Shown here: piece after piece, positions 7,036-16,461 of the stretch
How positions within the stretch are numbered: the stretch's first letter is position 1
Layout: the number at the start of each line of letters is the position of its first letter
Source of the DNA: Nitrospiria bacterium
Lineage (GTDB): Bacteria; Nitrospirota; UBA9217
Assembly (NCBI GenBank): GCA_919901555.1
Contig: CAKKPG010000055.1
Location: 278-64,277 of the forward strand
Length of the DNA stretch: 64,000 bases
Direction of reading: 5' to 3'
Notes under the pieces: model-generated
The model's database searches: none
Told to the model about the DNA's origin: nothing
What the model saw: the letters and a program-made list of their open reading frames with translations, nothing else
Translations under genes and position numbers: made by a program

Positions 7036-8598
7036 ATGACGACCCCTGACCAGATAAAACTCCTCGAAAGCCTCCATCCCCTCGAACACAAGCTCCTCCT
7101 GAGCTTCGAGCGCGGGGATACGCTCTCCGCCTCCGAGATCATGGGCATATCGGGCCTCGATGAGTCGCGGCTGGACATGGCCGCGGGCTGGCTCCAGACC
7201 AAAGGCATGCTCGCAGTGACGGGCGAGACGGTCACGACCTCCGTTGCGCTCACCGAAGCGGGCGCGGAATACCGTGAAAAGGGTACGCCCGAGATGCGGA
7301 TCATCGGGGCCCTGCGCGAGGGAAAGCAGTTCACGGTCAAGGACGTTATCCAGACGTGGGGTATGGACCCGTCGGAGGTCAGCTCCGCCACCGGATCGCT
7401 CAAGGCAAGCAACATCATTCGGATAGCCCAGGGCGGTATTCTCGAATTAAACCAGGCGACTGATACGGCCCCCTACGATTTGCTGAAGGAAGTTATCGAT
7501 GAAACAGGAACAGCATCCGTCGTTCTCTCGGGCTTTCCTGAAGAGAAGCAGGCCGTAATCCACGCCAACTTCCACAAGCGCGGCAAGGCAAAGGGCGTCT
7601 TCCGCATCACGGAAAAGAAAAACCGAACGTACGCCCTGACGGCGCAGGGGAAGGAGATCGTCCGTCTCGTTCTCGAGCGGGGCGGGGGAGAGGACGAAGT
7701 GTCGGTCCTCACGCCGGAGATGCTGAAGCAGGGCACGTGGAAGGACAAGAAGTTCCGCGCCTACAATATTTCGCTCAACCCGCCGCGGATCAGCATCGGA
7801 AAGAAGCACCCTTACCGGGAGTTCCTCGATTTCGTCAAGTACAAGTTCATCGGCATGGGGTTCGAAGAGATGCGCGGGCCGCTCGTGGAGAACGAGTTCT
7901 GGGACATGGACGCGCTGTTCATGCCGCAGTTCCATCCGGCCCGGAACATCCATGACGTGTATTTTGTGAAAGAGCCCGCCTCTGCCGGGAAGATCGAAGC
8001 GCCCTTTGGAAAACAGGCAGCGGCGACCCACCGGGACGGCTGGAAGACCGGCTCAACAGGCTGGCGATACAACTTCGACCTTGAACGGGCGAAGCGGCTT
8101 ATCCTCAGGAGCCAGGGCACGGCCGTGTCCGCCAGGACCCTTGCCTCGGGGCCCAAGGTCCCGGGGAAATACTTCTCCATCGCCCGCTGTTTCCGCTACG
8201 ATGCCGTGGACGCAACGCACGCCCCGGACTTTAACCAGGTCGAGGGGATCGTGCTGGGAGAGGACATCAATTTCAAGACCCTCCTGGGGCTGTTGAAGCT
8301 CTTCGGCCAAGAGGTCGCAAAGGCAAAGGAGTTTCAATTCAGGCCCGCCTACTTCCCCTTTACCGAGCCGTCGGTGGAACTCCATGTGAAGCACCCCGAG
8401 CTCGGCTGGATGGAACTGGGCGGGGCGGGCCTCTTCAGGCCCGAGGTCACCATCCCGCTGGGCGTTGACGTCCCGGTCATCGCCTGGGGCCTCGGCCTGG
8501 ACCGCATGGCCATGATCGCCATGGAGATCCGGGACATCAGGGATTTGTTTTCGAGGGATTTAGACTTTATCAGGACAAAGAAGATACACTTGGAATAA
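7036..8598 (+). CDS. pheS: Phenylalanine--tRNA ligase alpha subunit, long archaeal/eukaryal-type
   Basis: 520 aa with an N-terminal winged-helix-like extension. Class II core motifs are FMPQFHPARNIHDVYF, RSQGTAVSARTL and GGAGLFRPEV...GLGLDRMAM. Confidence 0.9.
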   Translation: MTTPDQIKLLESLHPLEHKLLLSFERGDTLSASEIMGISGLDESRLDMAAGWLQTKGMLAVTGETVTTSVALTEAGAEYREKGTPEMRIIGALREGKQFTVKDVIQTWGMDPSEVSSATGSLKASNIIRIAQGGILELNQATDTAPYDLLKEVIDETGTASVVLSGFPEEKQAVIHANFHKRGKAKGVFRITEKKNRTYALTAQGKEIVRLVLERGGGEDEVSVLTPEMLKQGTWKDKKFRAYNISLNPPRISIGKKHPYREFLDFVKYKFIGMGFEEMRGPLVENEFWDMDALFMPQFHPARNIHDVYFVKEPASAGKIEAPFGKQAAATHRDGWKTGSTGWRYNFDLERAKRLILRSQGTAVSARTLASGPKVPGKYFSIARCFRYDAVDATHAPDFNQVEGIVLGEDINFKTLLGLLKLFGQEVAKAKEFQFRPAYFPFTEPSVELHVKHPELGWMELGGAGLFRPEVTIPLGVDVPVIAWGLGLDRMAMIAMEIRDIRDLFSRDLDFIRTKKIHLE

Positions 8599-8655
8599 TA
8601 GGGGCAAGGGTCCAGGAAAAATTTATTTCTTGACCCATGACCATGAGTTGCACCT

Positions 8656-10347
8656 ATGCCTACAATAGACATTAAAAAACAGGACCTGGAAAAGCTCATC
8701 AACAGGAAGCTCACCCTTCCGGCCTTGGAGAAGCACCTTATGCTCGCCAAGGCAGAGTTGAAGGAGTACAACGCCGACACCGATGATCTGAAGGTAGAGC
8801 TTTCGGACAGCAACCGGCCCGACCTGTGGTGCGCCGAGGGCGTGGGACGCCAGGTACGCATCGCCCTTTCCGGGAAGCCCGACGAATACCCCTTTTTCAA
8901 GCCCGGGAGAAAGGCCACGCGGATCATCAACGTCTCCCGTGAGATGAAGGCCGTGCGGCCCTCTATTGCGGCCTGCACCGTCCAGGGCGTCCGCATGAGC
9001 GACGACGTGCTCACCCAGATGATCCAGAGCCAGGACAAGCTCTCGGAGATATTCGGCCGGAAAAGGACCACCGTGTCCATCGGCATCTATGAAATGGACC
9101 GCATCACCTTTCCCGTGGAGTACCGCCTTGTCGAGCCGTCGTCAGTGTCCTTCACTCCCCTCGGCATGAAGCAAAAGCTCACGCTTGCCGAGATCGTCGA
9201 ACGCCACCCCAAGGGCATCGCCTACGGCGGCATCGTGAAGCCCTTCAAGAAGTATCCCGTGCTCACGGACGGCATGGGCCGGGTGCTTTCGTTCCCGCCC
9301 ATCATCAACAGCGCCGAGCTCGGCGAAGTGAAGACGACCACGAGGAACGTTCTCGTGGAGGTGACCGGAACGGACCTGAGGATGGTGACCCTTACCCTCA
9401 ACATCCTGGCAGCGAACTTTTACGATCGGGGCGGGGACATCGATCCCGTCCTGGTGGTCTATCCCTATGAGACCGACCTGGGAAACCGGGTGACGTTCCC
9501 CTACGATACCTCGGGCACGATGAAGATGAGGCTTTCCAAATTTTCCGCTGCGCTTGGAGAGGACGTTCAGCTTGCGGACCTGAAAAAACGGCTCAGCGCA
9601 TACGGCCTTATTGTCAGGGGTTCAAAGGACGTCCTCGCCGTCTCGTACCCGCCCTATCGCGACGATATCATGCATCCCGTTGACCTGGTGGAAGACTATG
9701 CCATCAGCAGGGGATACGATTCTTTCGAGCCGGTCATGCCGCGGGAATCCACCGTAGGCGCGCTGTCGAAACTGGAGCTGTTCTCCGATAACCTTCGCGG
9801 CACCCTGGTGGGCGCCGGCTTTCAGGAGATCGTTTCGAACATCCTCTGCTCGCGGGAGGAGCTGGAAGACGCCCTCTTCCCCGCGGAGCGCCTCGTGGAA
9901 GTGGACAATGTAATGTCCCTTGCCTATTCCGTCCTGAGAAATCGCGTGCTGCCGTCGCTCCTCAACGTGGAGGCGGCAAGCTCCAAGGCCTTTTATCCCC
10001 ACAAGATCTTCGAAGCGGGCGAAGTTGCCGTGCTCGACGACGCAGAGAACATGGGCACGCGCACGGACCTGAATCTTGCCGCTCTCATCAGCCATCCTGC
10101 GGCCAATTTTTCTGAAATGCACACCAGCCTCGATATTCTCCTGTACTATCTCGGCATCGAGTACCGGCTGGAGCCCGCCGAACACCCGCTCTTCACGCAG
10201 GGGAGATGCGGGAGAATCCTTGCCACGGGAGCTGAACTCGGCTTCATCGGCGAAGTGCGGCCCGAGGCGCTGGAGCGCCGCCGGATCACCATGCCCTGCG
10301 CCGCCTTTGAGATCAATCTCAATGCCGTGTTGACTTTTGTTGCATGA
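8656..10347 (+). CDS. pheT: Phenylalanine--tRNA ligase beta subunit, short archaeal/eukaryal-type
   Basis: 563 aa. The N-terminus MPTIDIKKQDLEKLI matches the archaeal/eukaryal beta-chain start (MPT.s.k..dL). Bacterial-type PheT is about 800 aa. Confidence 0.85.
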   Translation: MPTIDIKKQDLEKLINRKLTLPALEKHLMLAKAELKEYNADTDDLKVELSDSNRPDLWCAEGVGRQVRIALSGKPDEYPFFKPGRKATRIINVSREMKAVRPSIAACTVQGVRMSDDVLTQMIQSQDKLSEIFGRKRTTVSIGIYEMDRITFPVEYRLVEPSSVSFTPLGMKQKLTLAEIVERHPKGIAYGGIVKPFKKYPVLTDGMGRVLSFPPIINSAELGEVKTTTRNVLVEVTGTDLRMVTLTLNILAANFYDRGGDIDPVLVVYPYETDLGNRVTFPYDTSGTMKMRLSKFSAALGEDVQLADLKKRLSAYGLIVRGSKDVLAVSYPPYRDDIMHPVDLVEDYAISRGYDSFEPVMPRESTVGALSKLELFSDNLRGTLVGAGFQEIVSNILCSREELEDALFPAERLVEVDNVMSLAYSVLRNRVLPSLLNVEAASSKAFYPHKIFEAGEVAVLDDAENMGTRTDLNLAALISHPAANFSEMHTSLDILLYYLGIEYRLEPAEHPLFTQGRCGRILATGAELGFIGEVRPEALERRRITMPCAAFEINLNAVLTFVA

Positions 10348-10395
10348 AGATGACCGGCGGGCCCCACTTTCTTCTTTTCTTCTTCCCCCCCTTTT

Positions 10396-10404
10396 TGGTA
10401 TAAT
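10396..10404 (+). promoter_or_regulatory. Possible extended -10 promoter (TGgTATAAT) upstream of the kinase gene
   Basis: TG at 10396-10397 and TATAAT at 10399-10404. The -35 region is weak. Confidence 0.3.
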
Positions 10405-10523
10405 CACTTCAGCAGTCACTTCTTCGTGGTATTCTTCCCGGGAACAATATGCTTCTCAGCGTTCTTCCAGGCAGGGACGGCCTGTTTTCCGGCTTGCCGC
10501 CCTGCCTGTAATGTGCCCACACT

Positions 10524-13184
10524 ATGAAGAAACCGAACCTCCCATCGCCGTCAAAGAAAAAAAGAACCAGCACGCCGCTAAAGACCGCCATGCGGCGCGG
10601 CCTCACCGCGACCTCTTCCAGCGAAAGCGACGAGCGCTGCGGGGCGCTTGTCGAACTCTCTCCCGACGCCGTCGCCGAACGCAGGAGCCTGGAAGAAGCG
10701 CTCAAAAAAAACCATGCTGAGCAGGAAATCCGGGTCCAGGAAAGAACGGCCGAGCTGGTCAAGGCCAATGAGGCGCTGAACAGGTCGGAAACGCTGACCC
10801 GCATCGTGCTGGATGCCGTGCCCATCGGCGTCTGGCTCGTGGATGCCGCAGGCAAGATCGTCGAGGGCAACCCCGCGGGCCGCCGGATCTGGGCCGGCGC
10901 CAGATATGTGGGCATTGAACAGTATGGGGAATACAAGGGCCGGCGGGTCGGCACGGGGGAACGGATTGAGCCCGAAGAATGGGCCGCAGCGCGCGCCATC
11001 AGGAACGGTGAAACGTCGATAGACGAGGAAATAGAGATCGAATGTTTTGACGGGACGCACAAGATCATCCTGAACTCCGCAATCCCCATCCGGAACGAAC
11101 AACAGGAAATTACCGGCGCCATCATCGTCAATCAGGACATCACCGAGCGGAAGGAAATAGAGACTCGCACCGAAATCACCAACAGGCTGCTCAAGCTGTT
11201 CACGCAAAAAGTGACGCGGCAGGATTACCTGGACCAGGCGCTGGAGCTGATCCGCGCATGGAGCCGCTGCCGGTGCGCGGGAATAAGGATATTGCATGAA
11301 AACGGGGACATCCCCTATGAATCCTCTGTCGGCTTCAGCAAGGAGTTCCGGGAATCGGAGTGTTTGCTTTCCATCCATAAAGACCAATGCGCATGTATAC
11401 GGGTCATCATCGAAACCCCGGAGCCACAGGACGCCCCGGCAATGACGCGCGCAGGTTCTTTCTATTCCAACTCCATGATGCAGTTTGTGGCCGGATTGAC
11501 CGAAACGGAGAAATTACGGTTCCGGGCGGGGTGTGTCAGCAACGAATTTGCGTCGATAGCGGTCATCCCTATCCGTTACCACGATAAGATACTCGGGGCG
11601 ATCCATCTGGCCGATGAACGGGAAGGACTGGTCCCGCTCACAAAAGTCGAATTTTTGGAAGTGCTCGCCTTCCTTATCGGAGAAGCGCTCTATAAGTTCG
11701 ACGTGGAAAACGAGCTTCGCAAAAACTACGACCTGCTCAGGGAAAACAACGAACTCCTGGAGAACATGTTCTCCAATATTCACGTCATGATAGCGTATAT
11801 GGACACGGATTTCAACTTTGTCCGGGTGAACCGCACCTATGCCGAGGCCGATGGAAGAACGCCGGAGTTCTATCCCGGCAGGAACCACTTTGCCCTTTAT
11901 CCGAACGAGGAAAAGGAGGCGATCTTCCGCCGCGTCGTCGAGACCGGTGAGCCCTACTTTGCCTATGAGAAGCCCTTTGTATACGCCGAACATCCGGAGC
12001 ACGGCGTGACCTATTGGGACTGGAGCCTCATGCCGGTCAAGGAGAGCGACGGCGGAATAATCGGCGTCATGATGAGCCTCATCGACGTCACGGACCGGAA
12101 GCTGGCCGAGGTGGAACGGGACCGCCTTGCGGCCGCCGTCGGAGCTACTGCCGATGCCGTGGCCATCACCGAGCCCCTCGGGGGCCTCATCCAGTACGTG
12201 AACCCCGCCTTCGAGCGCATCACGGGGTACGCCAGAGACGAAGTCGTGGGGCGCAGCCTCCATATTCTGGACAGCGGAAAACAGGATGCGGCGTTCTACC
12301 AAGAGCTCCGCGAGACCCTTGAGCGAGACGGCGTCTGGAGGGGCCGGCTCATCAATAAGAAGAAGGACGGCGCCCTGTACTTCGAAGAATGCACCTATTC
12401 CCCGGTGAGGGACCCGTCGGGGAAAATCATGAACTATGTCTCCGTCAAACGCGACATGACCGAGAAGCTCAGGCTTGAATCCATTGCCGAGTCGGTCAAC
12501 ACCATGGAAAATATCGGCTGCGTTTTCTCCGGTGTGCGGCACGAAATCGGCAACCCCATTAATACCGCCAAGATGATCTTGAGCGTGCTCCAACACAAGC
12601 TGGACAAAAGCACAAAAGAGGACATCCGTGAGCAGATAGACCGCACCATGACCGAGATCGCCCGGGTTGAATATCTTTTGAAGAGCCTCAAAAATTTCAA
12701 CCTCTATGAGTCATTGGATATCCAGGCGGTGGATATGGAGGCCTTCCTGACGAGGTTCCTGTCGCTCGTGGCCGAAGACTATGACCGGAAGAACATCACG
12801 ATAAAAACCGACTTGAGTCCCGAGGCAGCAAGGGCATATGCGGACCCCCGTGCGCTCCAGCATGTCCTCTTGAACGTCTTTTCCAATGCAGCCGACGCCC
12901 TCGAAGGGCGTGACGATCCCACCATTTTGATCACCGTCTTGAAAAGAAACGGACGAATACACATAGGGGTTGCAGACAACGGCTCCGGCATGTCCGGGAC
13001 GCAGCAAAAGGACCTGTTCAAGCCTTTTTATACCTCGAAAAAGCACGGAACGGGCCTCGGCCTCGTGATCGTTAAAAAGATGCTGGCAAAAATGAACGGA
13101 ACGATAGAGGTCACGAGCGTGCAGAACGAGGGTACGACGGTCGACATTGCGCTACCGGAGGGCAGGGATGGCACACAGCAATAG
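10524..13184 (+). CDS. Cytoplasmic multi-PAS/GAF sensor histidine kinase
   Basis: H-box FSGVRHEIGNPIN, N-box LNVFSNAADA, G1 VADNGSGM, G2 GTGLGL. Several PAS-like blocks are present and no obvious TM segment. The start codon is uncertain because no SD is seen. Confidence 0.85.
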   Translation: MKKPNLPSPSKKKRTSTPLKTAMRRGLTATSSSESDERCGALVELSPDAVAERRSLEEALKKNHAEQEIRVQERTAELVKANEALNRSETLTRIVLDAVPIGVWLVDAAGKIVEGNPAGRRIWAGARYVGIEQYGEYKGRRVGTGERIEPEEWAAARAIRNGETSIDEEIEIECFDGTHKIILNSAIPIRNEQQEITGAIIVNQDITERKEIETRTEITNRLLKLFTQKVTRQDYLDQALELIRAWSRCRCAGIRILHENGDIPYESSVGFSKEFRESECLLSIHKDQCACIRVIIETPEPQDAPAMTRAGSFYSNSMMQFVAGLTETEKLRFRAGCVSNEFASIAVIPIRYHDKILGAIHLADEREGLVPLTKVEFLEVLAFLIGEALYKFDVENELRKNYDLLRENNELLENMFSNIHVMIAYMDTDFNFVRVNRTYAEADGRTPEFYPGRNHFALYPNEEKEAIFRRVVETGEPYFAYEKPFVYAEHPEHGVTYWDWSLMPVKESDGGIIGVMMSLIDVTDRKLAEVERDRLAAAVGATADAVAITEPLGGLIQYVNPAFERITGYARDEVVGRSLHILDSGKQDAAFYQELRETLERDGVWRGRLINKKKDGALYFEECTYSPVRDPSGKIMNYVSVKRDMTEKLRLESIAESVNTMENIGCVFSGVRHEIGNPINTAKMILSVLQHKLDKSTKEDIREQIDRTMTEIARVEYLLKSLKNFNLYESLDIQAVDMEAFLTRFLSLVAEDYDRKNITIKTDLSPEAARAYADPRALQHVLLNVFSNAADALEGRDDPTILITVLKRNGRIHIGVADNGSGMSGTQQKDLFKPFYTSKKHGTGLGLVIVKKMLAKMNGTIEVTSVQNEGTTVDIALPEGRDGTQQ

Positions 13185-14541
13185 GAAAACGCTCCTCATC
13201 ATTGATGACGAAAAGGTCTTTTGCGACACGGTCAAGGAGTTCCTGTCAAGCAGTGTCCTGGAAGTACTGACTGCTCATACCGGCGCGGAGGGCCTCCGCA
13301 TCTGCTTGCAGCGGAACGTGGACGTCGTTCTTCTGGACCAGAAGCTCCCCGACGGTGAAGGGCATGACCTCGCCGTGCCCATTCTGGAAAGGAACGAGCA
13401 GACAAAAATTATTTTCATTACCGCTTTCCCCACCTTTGAGAGCGCCGTGAAGGCCGTCAGGGCCGGGGCCCACGACTACCTTTCCAAGCCCTTCGACCTG
13501 GAAGAGCTGCGGCTGACCGTGGAACACGCCGTAAGAACGGCGGAGCTGGAAAAGATGGAACAGGTCCAGACGTATACCAGGGAAAAAGAGCGCGACGAGA
13601 CCGTCCTCATCGGCGGCGACGGAGGGCTTGCCGAGATTGTGCGCATCATAGAGGCGGCAGCGCTCGTTGATTCACCGGTGCTCATCACGGGCGAGACGGG
13701 CACGGGCAAGAATGCCGTTGCCAAGGCAATCCACTATCGCAGCCCTGCGCCGAGAAAGGCCTTCATCAGCGTAAACTGCGCGGCCCTGCCGGAGAACCTC
13801 ATCGAGGCGGAGCTCTTCGGCCATGAAAAAGGCGCTTTTACGGGCGCTGTTGCGATGAAGCGGGGCGTCTTCGAAATGGCCGAAGGGGGGACGCTCTTTC
13901 TTGACGAGATCGGCGACATGCCCTTCCACCTCCAGTCGAAGCTCCTGAGCGTCATTGAAGACAAGAAGATCCGGAGGCTCGGCGGAGAAACGATCAGGCC
14001 TGTGGACGTCCGCATCATCGCGGCGACGGGCGCAGAGCTGGAAAAGTCGCTCGGGAAAGCCTTCCGGAAGGACCTCTATTACCGCTTGAGCGTCGTGCGC
14101 ATTCACCTCCCCCCGCTCCGCGAGAGACGCCGGGACATTCCCGCGCTCTGCGCGTATTTGACCAAAAACATCGCCGGCAACCGGAAGGTCGATTTACCGG
14201 ACTCCGAAATCGCGAACCTCATGGAATACTCGTGGCCGGGGAACGTTCGTGAGCTCAAGAACATCCTTGAACGGGCGATATTCCTCCAGAGAGGTCCGGT
14301 CCTGCGGCCATCAGCACTCCTGGAGAATCCTGCCGGCATTTCCCGGTCCGCTTCCAGCGCGGATGCCGTCTCCGGCTATATCAAGACCCTCGATGAGCTC
14401 GAGAAAGACCATATTGTCCGCGCGCTCCAACAGTTCTCCGGCAACTATACAAAAACCGCCAAAGCCCTCGGGACATCGCTCTCCACCTTAAAGAGAAAGG
14501 TCAAAGAATACGGTTTAAAATGGACTACTGGTTCAAAATGA
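13168..14541 (+). CDS. Sigma54-dependent response regulator (NtrC family bEBP)
   Basis: GGAGGG SD, then ATG 13168, overlapping the kinase stop. Receiver LLIIDDE...LLDQKLPDG. AAA+ domain with GETGTGKN and GAFTGA (EKGAFTGA). C-terminal Fis-type HTH. Confidence 0.9.
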   Translation: MAHSNRKTLLIIDDEKVFCDTVKEFLSSSVLEVLTAHTGAEGLRICLQRNVDVVLLDQKLPDGEGHDLAVPILERNEQTKIIFITAFPTFESAVKAVRAGAHDYLSKPFDLEELRLTVEHAVRTAELEKMEQVQTYTREKERDETVLIGGDGGLAEIVRIIEAAALVDSPVLITGETGTGKNAVAKAIHYRSPAPRKAFISVNCAALPENLIEAELFGHEKGAFTGAVAMKRGVFEMAEGGTLFLDEIGDMPFHLQSKLLSVIEDKKIRRLGGETIRPVDVRIIAATGAELEKSLGKAFRKDLYYRLSVVRIHLPPLRERRRDIPALCAYLTKNIAGNRKVDLPDSEIANLMEYSWPGNVRELKNILERAIFLQRGPVLRPSALLENPAGISRSASSADAVSGYIKTLDELEKDHIVRALQQFSGNYTKTAKALGTSLSTLKRKVKEYGLKWTTGSK

Positions 14542-14631
14542 ACAACCTATAATGCCCATAATTTGAGTTCAGCGCCCCCCGCAAGTCTTATAATCCCTAA
14601 ATTTACCAAGATATAGACTCTCATATCCCCA

Positions 14632-14647
14632 TGGCACGTCCTTTGCT
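14632..14647 (+). promoter_or_regulatory. Sigma54 (-24/-12) promoter
   Basis: TGGCACgtcctTTGCT is an exact match to TGGCAC-N5-TTGCW. It lies in the intergenic gap directly downstream of the bEBP gene. Confidence 0.8.
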
Positions 14648-14659
14648 CTTTACCAAGAC

Positions 14660-15049
14660 ATGATGGATATACTGATTGTGGATGACGAAAAGCCTTTTCT
14701 CCTCAGCCTCGCAGAGGGTCTCGGCTTTTATACCCGGTACTTCAACGTCATCACCGCAGAGAGCGCCAAAAAGGCCATGGAGATCCTGACGACGATCGTC
14801 GTTGACCTCGTGGTAACAGACCTGAAAATGCCGGGGACCAGCGGAGTTGAGCTTGTAGGCTATATAAAAAAAAGATTTCCGAATATTCCCGTTATTGTCA
14901 TGACGGCTTTCGGAGACCGCGATTTAGAGTTGCGTCTCCATGAATTGGGCATCGCAGGCTACCTCGAAAAACCGCTGGATTTAGAGACAGTTGTCGCGAG
15001 GATTCTCTCCGTGGAGAAAGTTAATGCCCTGCCGGACGTCAGCAGTTGA
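14660..15049 (+). CDS. Single-domain CheY-like response regulator receiver
   Basis: MMDILIVDDEKPF...VVTDLKMPGTSG...VIVMTAFGD...GYLEKP. Confidence 0.85.
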   Translation: MMDILIVDDEKPFLLSLAEGLGFYTRYFNVITAESAKKAMEILTTIVVDLVVTDLKMPGTSGVELVGYIKKRFPNIPVIVMTAFGDRDLELRLHELGIAGYLEKPLDLETVVARILSVEKVNALPDVSS

Positions 15050-15080
15050 ACAGTAGGGCAAGGAAATCGGGGAATGAACC

Positions 15081-15287
15081 ATGAAGTGTCCTTTTATGAC
15101 GGGGATCCATCTTTCATCGTGCAGTGCAAGCAAAGAAGTATATGTCCCGAGCAAGTTCGAACTTGAGGAATATTGCAGGGACAGCCGACACCGGATGTGC
15201 CCCTTCTACTGCGCGGCGAAAGCCGGAGAGTATCCGGTCATGAGCCACAGCAGGCGGTCTTCTCCCTGGAGAAATCCGGCGGGATGA
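15081..15287 (+). CDS. Small Cys-rich hypothetical protein (68 aa)
   Basis: MKCPFMTGIHLSSCSASKEVYVPSKFELEEYCRDSRHRMCPFYC has five Cys in the first 44 residues. It sits between the receiver and sigma genes on the same strand. Confidence 0.5.
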   Translation: MKCPFMTGIHLSSCSASKEVYVPSKFELEEYCRDSRHRMCPFYCAAKAGEYPVMSHSRRSSPWRNPAG

Positions 15288-15431
15288 AGGGCTATCGAGC
15301 GTTTTCGTCGGGGAGACGGCAGGAAGGGAAAACAACAGAACAGGCGAGCCGCAACGAGAGCCGGATCGGGTGATCGCAGGCGGCCGTCACGTCGTTAATC
15401 GAAGCCCCGCTTTTCCTCCAGGGAGGTGACT

Positions 15432-16400
15432 ATGATCCAGGAACTCATGGCCGAGCAGGCGCGTCCCGTCGATGTGGTGTTCAACATGCAGTCCGATGAT
15501 GAGGGGTCAGTGTGGCATGAGTCACGACGGAAGAAGGGCGGATCAAGCACTGACGACGATGAGGGCAGCTCCGGACTGGACGTCGTCAAACAGTATTTAA
15601 AGGAAATACGGAAAACAACGCTCCTGACCTTTGCAGAGGAACAGGCGCTGGCAAAAAGGGTCGATGCGGGCGATGAGGAGGCACGGGCCAGGATGATCGA
15701 GTCCAATCTGCGGCTCGTCGTTGCCATCGCAAAGAAATATATCGGTCGCGGGCTGCCTTTTGCCGATCTTATTGAAGAGGGCAATCTCGGTCTCATCAGG
15801 GCGGTGGAAAAGTTCCGATGGGAAAAGGGGTTCAAATTCAGCACCTACGCGTCGTGGTGGATCAGGCAGGCCATCGAGCGGGCGATCGTGAACCAGACAA
15901 GGATCATACGCCTGCCGGTGTACGTCGCTGAAAACGTCAATCTGTACATGCGGACGGTGCGCAAGCTGTCACAGACGCTGAGCGAGGAGCCGCACGTCGA
16001 GGAAGTGGCCGCGTCCATGGGCATGACCGTCGAGAAAGTGCGGAGCATCTCCCAGGTCGTGCGTGAGACCTATTCCCTGGACATGCTTGTGGGAGAGCAG
16101 GAAGAGGACACCCTGCAGGACATTCTCATCGACAGCAGGTCGCCCCATCCCATGACCCTGCCCGATGAGATTCTCAGGCGGGAGCATATAGAGGAGTGGC
16201 TTGCAAAGCTCTCGCCCAATGAACGGTATGTCGTCCAGATGAGGTTCGGTCTGAACGGGGGGGAGGGAAAGACGTTGAACAGCATCGGCAAAGAGTTCGG
16301 CATTACGAGAGAGCGCGTCCGGCAGATAGAGGGCCAGGCCCTGGCCAAACTCAGAGAAATGACCGTTGACGAGCATATCGGCTCGGAGGAGATGCTGTAG
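15432..16400 (+). CDS. Sigma70-family sigma factor, RpoS/RpoD-like (group 1/2)
   Basis: GGGAGG at 15421-15426, then ATG 15432. [50 protein letters not shown] and region 4.2 [19 protein letters not shown] closely follow the E. coli RpoS layout. Confidence 0.9.
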   Translation: MIQELMAEQARPVDVVFNMQSDDEGSVWHESRRKKGGSSTDDDEGSSGLDVVKQYLKEIRKTTLLTFAEEQALAKRVDAGDEEARARMIESNLRLVVAIAKKYIGRGLPFADLIEEGNLGLIRAVEKFRWEKGFKFSTYASWWIRQAIERAIVNQTRIIRLPVYVAENVNLYMRTVRKLSQTLSEEPHVEEVAASMGMTVEKVRSISQVVRETYSLDMLVGEQEEDTLQDILIDSRSPHPMTLPDEILRREHIEEWLAKLSPNERYVVQMRFGLNGGEGKTLNSIGKEFGITRERVRQIEGQALAKLREMTVDEHIGSEEML

Positions 16401-16416
16401 ATCGCGCCGATGCCGG

Positions 16417-16436
16417 GAGCGGGGGACGCTCTTTTT
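16417..16436 (+). terminator. Short hairpin plus T-run after the sigma gene
   Basis: GAGCG-gggga-CGCTC followed by TTTTT. Confidence 0.4.
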
Positions 16437-16461
16437 CGAAAGACACCGATTCCCTGTTCCC

